Origin: a virus
IMG/VR virus record: IMGVR_UViG_3300035102_000071
Length of the DNA: 34,274 nt
Direction: 5' to 3' (one strand)
Part shown: positions 25,686 to 33,037 of the stretch, one piece after another
Layout of the letters: each line of letters starts with the position of its first letter
Position numbering within the stretch: the first letter of the stretch is position 1
Position numbers and translations under genes: made by a program
The notes under the pieces: model-generated
Databases searched by the model: none
What the model saw: only the letters and a program-made list of their open reading frames with translations
What the model was told of the DNA's origin: nothing

Positions 25686-26092
25686 TACGAGACCAATTCA
25701 AAGTGGACCAGATCCTGGAAATCCTGGTCGGTCACGGGTTCTCCATCCATGTCCCAATTGCCGCCCCATCGGACCTTGAACCCGAGTGACGCGGCGATGC
25801 CGAGGATGATGCCCGCCATGTGGCAGCAGTGGGCCTTGTCATACGACAGATTGCCGTTGATAAATGGCGCGACATCCACGGCCCTGGAGGGTTTCGAATT
25901 GTGCTTCCCGTCAGGGTACCTTACCCGGCTTCTGCCCTCGTCATAGTACCGGTTCTGCGTGGCCTCGTCCCGGTACCCGTTCGTTATGGTCAAGTCCATA
26001 ATCCCGGTCTTCAGGGCTGCCCGCATGAGTATTTGCAACCGTGGGTGGCAGGTCTCCAAACGCTTCAAAGACACTTCGCTGAATTTGTACAT
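25685..26092 (-). CDS. Endolysin, peptidase M15 (VanY / L-Ala-D-Glu peptidase-like)
   Basis: NGYRDEATQ...GKHNSKPSRAVDVAP...DLVHFEL matches the zinc-ligand pattern of M15 cell-wall peptidases. ATG 26092 has GGAGG 6 nt upstream and TAATG coupling to the holin gene. Confidence 0.85.
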   Translation of the reverse strand: MYKFSEVSLKRLETCHPRLQILMRAALKTGIMDLTITNGYRDEATQNRYYDEGRSRVRYPDGKHNSKPSRAVDVAPFINGNLSYDKAHCCHMAGIILGIAASLGFKVRWGGNWDMDGEPVTDQDFQDLVHFELVS

Positions 26093-26529
26093 TACGGCCT
26101 CCAACTGGGTCTTACTTTTGCGATACGTTCAATGGTCACCTTGCCGGCCAGTCCGAGCATGGCGACGACCAGTTCCATTAACCCGTCGGCGCTGGCAGGG
26201 AACGGCGGCATGGAGTAGATGTCTGCCCCCCACGCGGCCTGAATCCACAGCACTGCGGCCAGCGCGTATTGCGGGATAAAATACATGCCGATGGAGATAG
26301 ACGCTATCCAGCCTAGCGCATTGTGCCATGACCATTTACCGGCCTTTTGGGCCAAGGCCTTATTAATGTCGCGCTGGTCCTGATGGGGTTTGTCCTGCAC
26401 CTGAGCCATCAGGCGCTTGGCCTCTTCCCGCTCCTCGTCGGACGTGAAGAGGTTATCCAGAACCTGGCCTATGCCTGTCGCCGCATCGCCCACCTCCTTT
26501 CCGATCCCCAAAAAACTCAACATGCCCAT
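26092..26529 (-). CDS. Holin (3-TM, GTA-type holin-like)
   Basis: GGAGG RBS. Charged N-terminal region, then hydrophobic spans (ALGWIASISIGMYFIPQYALAAVLWI, LMELVVAMLGLAG). It is directly upstream of the endolysin gene. Confidence 0.65.
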   Translation of the reverse strand: MGMLSFLGIGKEVGDAATGIGQVLDNLFTSDEEREEAKRLMAQVQDKPHQDQRDINKALAQKAGKWSWHNALGWIASISIGMYFIPQYALAAVLWIQAAWGADIYSMPPFPASADGLMELVVAMLGLAGKVTIERIAKVRPSWRP

Positions 26530-26537
26530 ATGGCCTC

Positions 26538-26924
26538 CTATTTTTGTCTGCCCTTTATAGTGCCTAGGTAGTTGTACATCACTGCCCTGGCCTCGTCAAA
26601 ACCTCTGCACACCTCGACTCTGTAACCTACATCGCGCAACGCCTCTATTTTTCTCTTCTGAGTGGATGAAACGCTGTACGATTTTTTGCGCTTCATCTCG
26701 ATGTAAAGACCGTGGTATCCCCGGCACGGGAAAGCGAACGTAATATCTGGAACCCCAGGCCGTACGCCCTCATCTTTCAACCGCTTGGCGACGATCTTGT
26801 TCCGCTCTTGGCCGTTTGGCGTTGCCCACAGCAGTCCGAGCAGATCATCGGAGAGGAACCATTGCGCCCACTCGAAAAAGGCGACCTGTTCTTCGTGCTC
26901 GTAGGGAATAAGCTCTTTTTTCAC
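26538..26924 (-). CDS. VRR-NUC domain nuclease
   Basis: EHEEQVAFFEWAQ...PNG...GVRPGVPDITFAF...GLYIEMKRKK...GYRVEVCRGFDEA matches the VRR-NUC D...ExK core. GTG start with a GGAGG RBS. Confidence 0.85.
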   Translation of the reverse strand: MKKELIPYEHEEQVAFFEWAQWFLSDDLLGLLWATPNGQERNKIVAKRLKDEGVRPGVPDITFAFPCRGYHGLYIEMKRKKSYSVSSTQKRKIEALRDVGYRVEVCRGFDEARAVMYNYLGTIKGRQK

Positions 26925-27109
26925 AATTCCTCCGCTTCGCCGTCTTCGCCCCGCTCTCGCCCCACCAGTTCATGGAACGGTGCGCCGGACCTGTATCGTT
27001 CAATGTCTCGCTGACTCAGCCCGCCACCAGCACCGTACAGGGCGAGCAAGGCGATGTCCGCCCCGCTCAGTTCGCGATATTCGCCGGTCTGTTCGTCGTA
27101 GACATGCAT
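26921..27109 (-). CDS. Hypothetical protein (62 aa)
   Basis: I prefer ATG 27109 (AGGGGG upstream, just after the helicase stop) over the GTG at 27130. Confidence 0.5.
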   Translation of the reverse strand: MHVYDEQTGEYRELSGADIALLALYGAGGGLSQRDIERYRSGAPFHELVGRERGEDGEAEEL

Positions 27110-27113
27110 AGTG

Positions 27114-28100
27114 CTACCCCCTGAATCCACGGTTGCCGTTGTTGAGCATGGCCAGCCGCGCCTCGGAATCGCGCGCCCTGGTCCTGGCCGCGCGTTGGTC
27201 CTTGGTCACCCACGACCAATCGCAATCAACGATGGGCACCATGTTTGACCCGGCGTGAATGGTGAAATCTATCTCCTGGCCCTGCGGGTTGGGAAACGAC
27301 ACCGGCGTCTTGCACTTGGTGATGCGCATGTAGTTGGCGTGCCCGTCGAAAAAGATGGACAGACCGAGGCGGGCCTTTTCCAGCGTGAACTCGGCCCCGC
27401 GGGCCAGGTCAGCACCGGACTTCTTTTGCAGGCACACGATAGCCACACCGCCCTGGAGCGCATTGTGGATCTGCTGAATCTGCTGGCCCACCTTCCAGAA
27501 CTCGTCGAGATTCTCCATGTAGTCGATGACGTTCAGGCCGTCGGGGTCGACCACCAGGTGAAAATCACGGGTGCGGGAATACGGTTCGAGACCGCTGCTC
27601 CACAGGTCTTGGCGCTGGTCGATGGCCATGAGACGGCCCCGCAACTCAGCCGGGTGCATCTCGGAGTTAAACAGGCGGACGCGATCATGCGCCCCGCCGA
27701 ACGCGGCCAGGTTGCGATAGATCGTGTTCAGCACGAACGCCGTTTTGCCCGCGTTCGTCTCCCCGGCCACGATGATGACGTTGCCGGGAGAAATGATGAC
27801 TTTCTCATTCAATCCGAGCGGGAGCCAAAGCGGATACGGTTCAACCTGTGCAGTCTGCCAGTCCATGGGAACCAAGTCGGTATCGACACGGTGATACCAG
27901 CCGTTGCGGTGTTCATCACGCTCGATCAGTTTTTGCCGCACCAACTCGTCAAGTAGCTGGTCGCGCAGTCGGACATTCTCAACGCCCGTCTCCTTCGAGA
28001 ACACATAGGCAGAGAACTTACCTCGGGCTCGGCGCACCCACCGCTTGGCCAGAGCGATTGATTGGGCTAGGTCTTCGCCGGAGAACTCAGGCAACCGCAT
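27114..28100 (-). CDS. DnaB-like / RecA-fold replicative helicase ATPase
   Basis: Walker A VAGETNAGKT, Walker B-like GLNVIDYM, and VAIVCLQKK. The N-terminal roughly 100 aa look winged-helix-like. Strong GAGGAGG RBS. Confidence 0.8.
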   Translation of the reverse strand: MRLPEFSGEDLAQSIALAKRWVRRARGKFSAYVFSKETGVENVRLRDQLLDELVRQKLIERDEHRNGWYHRVDTDLVPMDWQTAQVEPYPLWLPLGLNEKVIISPGNVIIVAGETNAGKTAFVLNTIYRNLAAFGGAHDRVRLFNSEMHPAELRGRLMAIDQRQDLWSSGLEPYSRTRDFHLVVDPDGLNVIDYMENLDEFWKVGQQIQQIHNALQGGVAIVCLQKKSGADLARGAEFTLEKARLGLSIFFDGHANYMRITKCKTPVSFPNPQGQEIDFTIHAGSNMVPIVDCDWSWVTKDQRAARTRARDSEARLAMLNNGNRGFRG

Positions 28101-28428
28101 ACTGCTCCTCCTCGGTGTCGAATCGCTTGGACAACCTGTCCAGGTAGCACCGCGCCTGGTCCTCGCTCAGAGCGACCTCCGGGAGGACGGCCAATCCGAG
28201 GGCAACATCCCAGTCAAAGCCGGACTCCGCGAAAATATTTGGCAACGTCACCGGCTGTCCGATCTCGTACAGGGCACGCATGGCCTCGAAAATAGGCCAT
28301 GCCTCGCCGGTGGAGATGAATGCCAGACCGTCGGCCTCGGGAATCAAGTGTGGGTTTTGCCACAGGCCGGACAACGCCCACATGCGCAGCTCGGACAAGC
28401 TGATTGCGTCGATGATGCTACGCCTCAT
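28087..28428 (-). CDS. Helical protein resembling a DnaB N-terminal domain (113 aa)
   Basis: I trimmed it to ATG 28428, because the 159-aa track form overlaps the organiser gene by 149 nt. Its 3' end overlaps the helicase start by 14 nt. The domain call is tentative. Confidence 0.5.
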   Translation of the reverse strand: MRRSIIDAISLSELRMWALSGLWQNPHLIPEADGLAFISTGEAWPIFEAMRALYEIGQPVTLPNIFAESGFDWDVALGLAVLPEVALSEDQARCYLDRLSKRFDTEEEQYAVA

Positions 28429-29230
28429 ACTTGCCCTCGATGACCTTGTTGAAATTCGTGGGCCGTACCAGCCACTCCAGGTCGGCCTGGAAAGGGGCCT
28501 TGCCTTCGCACCCGTCGACCAGCCCCATGAGAAACGGGCATCCACGGACGTACTCGAAGAACCCACGCCACCAATCCAGGCTTTGCCGTTTCTGCTCCGA
28601 CTTCCATCTTGCCCTCAGCAATTTCTCTCGATTGGCATCCCAAACGCGTACCTTTCTGAGCTCCGGCAAGACCTCGTGATAAAGTGCGATGATTTCCTGG
28701 TGAGGGCAGCGAGGAGGTCCGGCAGACGAAGTCTGTGGACAAGTACCCGTTAGGGTACTCTCTTCTTCTTCCGGAGAGGGAGAGGGAGAGGGAGAGGGAG
28801 AGGGAGAGGGAGAGGGGGCATTGCTACAATGTGCTTGTGGCATGCTCGTAGCATGCTCGGAGCATTTTTTAGCTTTGCCCCAACGTGCTTGAGCAGCCTT
28901 CTTAGCTTTGGCTGAACGCTCTTCTGCATGGGCCGCGTAGGCGTTGTGTTCTGCCCACCCGTGAATGGACAAGACGCCGTTTTCATCTTCATCGAGCAAC
29001 CCGATAGAGACAAGTATCTGCACAAATTCGTGGGGATCATCTTGCCAGTTGGCATCAAGGGCTATGTCCTCGGCGTCCATGCCGTGCAAAACGCCTTCCG
29101 GCCGCGTCTCGGCAACCATGAGCATCAGGTCAATGAACGCGAGAACTCCTTCTGCCCCAAGCCTGAGTTGCAACTTTTTCCGCTTCCTGTGGTCGCGGAA
29201 TGACGTTTTGATGCGAATATCATAGTTCAC
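28418..29230 (-). CDS. Replisome organiser / replication initiation protein
   Basis: The N-terminus (LRLGAEGVLAFIDLMLMVAE) and the C-terminus (CPHQEIIALYHEVLPEL...WWRGFFEYVRGCPFLMG...FQADLEWLVRPTNFNKVIEGKYE) are typical of phage replication organisers. GTG start with a GGAGG RBS. Confidence 0.75.
   Translation of the reverse strand: MNYDIRIKTSFRDHRKRKKLQLRLGAEGVLAFIDLMLMVAETRPEGVLHGMDAEDIALDANWQDDPHEFVQILVSIGLLDEDENGVLSIHGWAEHNAYAAHAEERSAKAKKAAQARWGKAKKCSEHATSMPQAHCSNAPSPSPSPSPSPSPSPEEEESTLTGTCPQTSSAGPPRCPHQEIIALYHEVLPELRKVRVWDANREKLLRARWKSEQKRQSLDWWRGFFEYVRGCPFLMGLVDGCEGKAPFQADLEWLVRPTNFNKVIEGKYEA
28774..28815. repeat. Hexanucleotide microsatellite (GAGAGG)x7 inside the organiser gene
   Basis: Seven perfect units. 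On the minus strand they encode a (Pro-Ser)n linker followed by EEEE. Confidence 0.95.
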
Positions 29231-29394
29231 AGATTATGCCTCCACCCCACGTTTCCGATTCGCGAACCACGAACAGACCTTGACCACCCACCCGGGCACC
29301 ACCACCTAGCGACACCTTCAAGGCCGAACAACTCTTCAAGCTCGACCATAAATTCGTCGCTTGAGGCGTCTGAAAAGTGCTTGAACCATCTCAT
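29227..29394 (-). pseudogene. Truncated N-terminal fragment of a second replisome-organiser-like gene
   Basis: MRWFKHFSDASSDEFMVELEELFGLEGVARWW is a typical organiser N-terminus. It then runs into direct-repeat copy 1 in a different frame and ends after 55 codons. Confidence 0.45.
29249..29302. repeat. 54-bp direct repeat, copy 1
   Basis: 29249-29292 is identical to 29840-29883 (44 nt). The next 10 nt carry 2 mismatches. Confidence 0.9.
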
Positions 29395-29396
29395 GC

Positions 29397-29498
29397 TTAA
29401 TTGCCTTTAGGTGTATCCCAATACGCGCTTTTGCACTTAGGACAAATTTTTGGCAAAGAACTATCTTTTTCTATTGCCCATTCATCAAGACTTTTCAT
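29397..29498 (-). CDS. Possible 33-aa zinc-ribbon peptide
   Basis: MKSLDEWAIEKDSSLPKICPKCKSAYWDTPKGN. It overlaps the end of the 93-aa ORF and lies in an AT-rich context. Confidence 0.35.
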   Translation of the reverse strand: MKSLDEWAIEKDSSLPKICPKCKSAYWDTPKGN

Positions 29499-29766
29499 TT
29501 TTTATAACCTCCATTAATTCTTTTGCTTCTTTACGCAACGAGGTAGCAATATTATATCCGTCACAGAACGGAGTTTTCATTTCAGAAATTGACTTGACAA
29601 AATATTCAAGATTATAAATGCGGTCTTCAAGTTTTTCGATCTTTTCATCATATCCTGATTCAACTTTTGCGATAACATCTTTAATCGGCAGGTCTGCTAA
29701 TTCTTGTTCTTCAAATGAATGGAACGACTCAGCGCAACTGCTTCGACCACAAATTTTACAACTCAT
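29485..29766 (-). CDS. Hypothetical protein in the low-GC cassette (93 aa, N-terminal CxxC...C, coiled coil)
   Basis: ATG 29766. Its composition differs clearly from the rest of the genome. Confidence 0.6.
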   Translation of the reverse strand: MSCKICGRSSCAESFHSFEEQELADLPIKDVIAKVESGYDEKIEKLEDRIYNLEYFVKSISEMKTPFCDGYNIATSLRKEAKELMEVIKNEKS

Positions 29767-29818
29767 AACCAACCCCTACTCCTGCTCTTTGGATTGTTCG
29801 TACTTGGCGGCGACAGAT

Positions 29819-29989
29819 TCAAGCATCTTCCACCACCAAACGTTTCCGATTCGCGAACCACGAACAGACCTTGACCACCCACCACGGCACCACGGCATAC
29901 CGCGCCTTCGTGCTGGCGATATCGCGCCGGAGCATGTGCGCATCGTACTTGGCTTCGAGCCAGCGGCGTTTGTAGTGCGGACGAGGCAT
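29819..29989 (-). CDS. Possible 56-aa protein
   Basis: MPRPHYKRRWLEAKYDAHMLRRDIASTKARYAVVPWWVVKVCSWFANRKRLVVEDA. The ATG is 4 nt after the HTH gene stop. The 3' end lies inside direct-repeat copy 2. Confidence 0.4.
   Translation of the reverse strand: MPRPHYKRRWLEAKYDAHMLRRDIASTKARYAVVPWWVVKVCSWFANRKRLVVEDA
29840..29893. repeat. 54-bp direct repeat, copy 2
   Basis: See copy 1. Confidence 0.9.
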
Positions 29990-29993
29990 AAGG

Positions 29994-30236
29994 TTAGTCT
30001 TGGTAATTATTCTTTGTGCATTCAGCGTTGTCGATCATCCACTTGATATGTTCCTGGATGACCTCAGACGGGACGCCAAGGCACTTGTAAGCGGCGATCT
30101 TATCCGCCCGAGGGAAGGCGTCGCCACGCAAATGAAAATTGATAGCCGTTGACGATATGCCTAATTCCTTTGCGGCCTTTGGTGCCGTCCAACGGTTGGC
30201 CTTAAACCATGCCTTGAGTGGTGTTTCGTTTTTCAT
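29994..30236 (-). CDS. Cro/CI-type helix-turn-helix DNA-binding protein (80 aa)
   Basis: The HTH TAPKAAKELGISSTAINFHLRG is present. It is the first gene of the leftward arm. I prefer ATG 30236 over the TTG at 30242. No SD is visible. Confidence 0.7.
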   Translation of the reverse strand: MKNETPLKAWFKANRWTAPKAAKELGISSTAINFHLRGDAFPRADKIAAYKCLGVPSEVIQEHIKWMIDNAECTKNNYQD

Positions 30237-30303
30237 AGCCAAAAGCTACCATGACAAGTGTAGGGAGGCAAGGAAAACTTTATCGAATTGATTAAAAAAC
30301 TTA

Positions 30304-30331
30304 TTGACTGGCGCTCAGGATTTGATATTCT
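30304..30331 (+). promoter_or_regulatory. Sigma-70-like rightward early promoter candidate
   Basis: TTGACT (30304-30309), a 16-nt spacer, and an extended -10 TGaTATTCT (30323-31). It sits in the only AT-rich stretch of the divergent region. Confidence 0.4.
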
Positions 30332-30340
30332 GACTTCACC

Positions 30341-30519
30341 GACGCACGAGAACACCCCGAACACGCTGCGCAGACAGCCAGCAAGTAGGGGCACCGGGCG
30401 GAGGTAACGCCAGAAGGCCGCAACAGAAAGCCCGCCCGCAAGGGGAGAACGGGAAGTCCACGGGAGGCCAGGCGTAGGAAACGCCGAACAGGACACAGAC
30501 AGGGAAGGAGAGGACAGGC
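30341..30519 (+). promoter_or_regulatory. T-depleted purine/C-rich 5' leader of the rightward operon
   Basis: Hand count gives 5 T in 179 nt. There are nine GGA triplets, and the region ends in the GGAGAGGA RBS of the first rightward gene. Confidence 0.5.
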
Positions 30520-30813
30520 ATGAACCAGTACGCAGAACACAACCCCAAGTGCTACGAGTGTGAGCAGTGCGAGGATTACCCGGGTGGCCGAATGGCTACC
30601 TGCATGACCGCCAGGGACGCCGTGCAGGAATGCACCGGGGTTGTCGCCTCAGAGGTCAAGTTTGATCCCGACCATGACGCCGGACATTGTCCCGATTTTG
30701 ACCCCACGCAGGAGTGTCTGAACCGCATTGCCGAAGACGCGCTCCAGGAGGAAGTCAAACGCGGGCTGTACCGGGGCACCGATTTTCCCGCCTCGCTCAG
30801 GTGGTGCGGGTAG
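30520..30813 (+). CDS. Cys-rich early protein (97 aa)
   Basis: GGAGAGGA RBS. Contains CYECEQCE and several further Cys residues. Confidence 0.6.
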   Translation: MNQYAEHNPKCYECEQCEDYPGGRMATCMTARDAVQECTGVVASEVKFDPDHDAGHCPDFDPTQECLNRIAEDALQEEVKRGLYRGTDFPASLRWCG

Positions 30814-30982
30814 GCTTTACGGAGCAGACAAATACCATTCCCACCGCCGACTTGTCAGGCCACCGTGTTGTCGGCGGGAGATTGTCGAAACGGGGCCAGG
30901 CTCTACCTTCTCTCACCATTGCCAGGCAACCGGCGGCCTGGGGGCCGAAACGCCGGGGAATTTTCAACCAAGCGAGGACGAT

Positions 30983-31252
30983 ATGACCACTACGACAGCA
31001 CTCGGACACCGCATCGACAAGCGCACACGGACCAGCGACGGGACGGAAACGTGCCGCTATTGCGGTGACATCATCCCCGAGGGGGAGCAGTACCAGCAAG
31101 AGACAGTGTCTATCGCCGGTAAGAATGTCGAAGTGTCGGTGTGTGCCCCGTGTCTCAAGGCCCGTCCGGCTGGCGACTGGTGCGCGGCTATCACCATCGG
31201 TGGTGCCGTGGTTATCACACTGTCCGTGGCTGCTGCCGTGTTCGGCGGGTAG
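30983..31252 (+). CDS. Zinc-ribbon protein with a C-terminal TM segment (89 aa)
   Basis: I trimmed it to ATG 30983 (GAGGA 4 nt upstream). CRYCG...CAPC plus AAITIGGAVVITLSVAAAVFGG. Confidence 0.55.
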   Translation: MTTTTALGHRIDKRTRTSDGTETCRYCGDIIPEGEQYQQETVSIAGKNVEVSVCAPCLKARPAGDWCAAITIGGAVVITLSVAAAVFGG

Positions 31253-31255
31253 GTT

Positions 31256-32080
31256 ATGAACCCCGGCATCTATACCGACATGACCAACGAGGCATACCAC
31301 GCCGAGCGGTCGGCAGTGTCCAACTCGGGCATTAGCAAGTTGGTCCAGAGCCCGGCCCACTTCCGCGCGTACCTGGATGAAGGGTTTTCCGAAACCCCAG
31401 CGTTGATCTTCGGCCGCATCGCTCATGAGGCCATCCTTGAGCCGGATCGGTTCGCCTATGCCGTAGCCCCGCAGGTAGACAAGCGTACAAAGTCTGGGAA
31501 GGCCGAGTGGGCGGACTTTGAAGCTGAAAACGCGGACAAGCACATCCTGACCAGCGACGACGAGAAGGCCATTCTGAGGATGCGCGACAACGTGTATGCC
31601 CACCCTGCCGCCAAGGCAGCTCTAACAACATCCAAGGGCCGCGCCGAGGTGTCCGTGTTCGGATACCAGGGAGATCAGTCTGGAGAACTCTGCAAGTGCC
31701 GTCCCGACTTCTGGCGCGACGACAACATCATCGTTGACCTCAAGACCACGAACGACGCAGGGCCGCACGAGTTCAACCGCTCCGTGTTCAAGTATGGCTA
31801 CCACCGGCAAGCGGCCTTCTATCTCAACCTATGCAGCCGCGCCAAGGCCGAGAAGCAAGAGGCGTTCATCTTCATCTGCGTGGAGAAGACGACGCCCTAC
31901 GCTGTGGCCGTCTACATGGCTGACGCAGAAATGATCGAATATGGGCGCTGGCAGTACGAACGCGCCCTGCTCACCCTGGCCGAGTGCAAAATCAACAATT
32001 ACTGGCCTGGCTACTCGGAGAAGATCGAAACTATTTCTCTGCCCGCCTGGGCAAAGAAGCAAATGGAGGACGCAGCATGA
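31256..32080 (+). CDS. PD-(D/E)XK exonuclease (RecE/YqaJ-like recombination exonuclease)
   Basis: YTDMTNEAYHA...SNSGISKL N-terminus and the IVDLKT catalytic motif. ATGA coupling to the recT gene. Confidence 0.8.
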   Translation: MNPGIYTDMTNEAYHAERSAVSNSGISKLVQSPAHFRAYLDEGFSETPALIFGRIAHEAILEPDRFAYAVAPQVDKRTKSGKAEWADFEAENADKHILTSDDEKAILRMRDNVYAHPAAKAALTTSKGRAEVSVFGYQGDQSGELCKCRPDFWRDDNIIVDLKTTNDAGPHEFNRSVFKYGYHRQAAFYLNLCSRAKAEKQEAFIFICVEKTTPYAVAVYMADAEMIEYGRWQYERALLTLAECKINNYWPGYSEKIETISLPAWAKKQMEDAA

Positions 32081-32961
32081 CTAATGTACCCGCCAATCAT
32101 TCGGATACCATCGCCGGGTTGCTGGCCAAGCAGGCCCCGGCAATCGCGAGGGCAATCGGTGGGCTAAGCCCTGCCGAGCAGCAAAAGCGTGCCGAGCGAT
32201 TCACCCGCGTTGCCCTGACAACCATCAGGAACAATGAAGGATTGATGAAGTGCAACCCACAAAGCGTCATGGGGGCGCTCATGCACTGCGCGAGCTTTGA
32301 CATGGAACCGGACGCACGCGGTCTTGTGTGGCTCGTCCCGTACAAGGGCGAGGCGCAGTTCCAGCTCGGATACAAGGGGATGATTGAACTGGCTGTCCGG
32401 TCGGGCGCGGTCAAGTCAATCCGGGCCGAGATCGTCTATGAGTCCGAAGTCGAGGCTGGGATGTTCGAGTACCATGGGGGTACCGAGCAGACCATCAGGC
32501 ACGACATCGATTTTTTAAAGCCCGAACTCCGTACCGGGAAAGTGGTCGCGGCCTACGCTGTGGCCGACATGTCCAACGGGACAAAAGCACTGGCCGTCAT
32601 TGACAGAGCTCACATCGAGAAGAGGCGCAAAGCTAGCCAGAGCGCAAGCAGCAGCTATTCCCCGTGGCAGAAGTGGACCGAGGAAATGATCAAAAAGACG
32701 GCCATCAAAGAACTGTGCCGCACTCTCCCGCAGTCCATCGAAAAGCTCCACCGCGCCATTGCCCTGGACAATGAATACGAGGCCAGAGTCATCGCGTCCA
32801 AAGATGCACCAGGCCAGAGCCTCGACGTAGAAACCCTCAACGCCAAGATCATGGGCGAGCAGAAGGACGAGCCCATCTGCCCCATCACCGAGGCACCGGT
32901 CAACGTGGACGACTGCGTGGACTGCGAAGAGGCAAGATCCTGCGCCAGCAAGGCCGCATAG
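32077..32961 (+). CDS. recT: RecT-family single-strand annealing protein
   Basis: LVPYKGEAQFQLGYKGMIELAVRSGAVKSIRAEIVYE is the RecT core. I chose ATG 32077 (GGAGG 7 nt upstream) rather than the track start at 31984. Confidence 0.85.
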   Translation: MTNVPANHSDTIAGLLAKQAPAIARAIGGLSPAEQQKRAERFTRVALTTIRNNEGLMKCNPQSVMGALMHCASFDMEPDARGLVWLVPYKGEAQFQLGYKGMIELAVRSGAVKSIRAEIVYESEVEAGMFEYHGGTEQTIRHDIDFLKPELRTGKVVAAYAVADMSNGTKALAVIDRAHIEKRRKASQSASSSYSPWQKWTEEMIKKTAIKELCRTLPQSIEKLHRAIALDNEYEARVIASKDAPGQSLDVETLNAKIMGEQKDEPICPITEAPVNVDDCVDCEEARSCASKAA

Positions 32962-33037
32962 ACCTCCACACCCATCCACCGCGCGGGCCGGGGCAATCCT
33001 TTCCATGTGCCCCGGTCCGCCAAAAGGAGACAATCAG

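Noticed and set aside
28429-28566. A 46-codon N-terminal extension of the 28087.. ORF, and likewise 20117..20353 for the 19895.. ORF.
   Set aside because: The extensions lie inside the upstream genes in another frame and are Ser/Arg/Gly/Trp-rich. Internal ATGs with good stop-start coupling or an RBS exist.
30243-30303. Operator-like half sites (TTTATCGA and CTTATTGA) in the divergent region.
   Set aside because: There are only two weak 7-8-nt matches with no clear dyad symmetry. That is too little evidence to call operators.
30233-30548. Three overlapping minus-strand ORFs (30233..30496, 30301..30540, 30336..30548).
   Set aside because: All three frames are open only because the plus strand is almost T-free here, so the minus strand has no A for stop codons. 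They are Pro/Arg/Cys/Leu-rich nonsense that spans the promoter region.
30930-30964. An intrinsic terminator call for the hairpin followed by TTTT.
   Set aside because: The stem is interrupted by a 5-nt asymmetric bulge, and the T-run is separated from it by GGAA. I kept it only as an observation.
31984-32076. A 31-codon N-terminal extension of recT in the ORF track.
   Set aside because: The extension overlaps the end of the exonuclease gene. ATG 32077 has a GGAGG RBS and an ATGA stop-start overlap.
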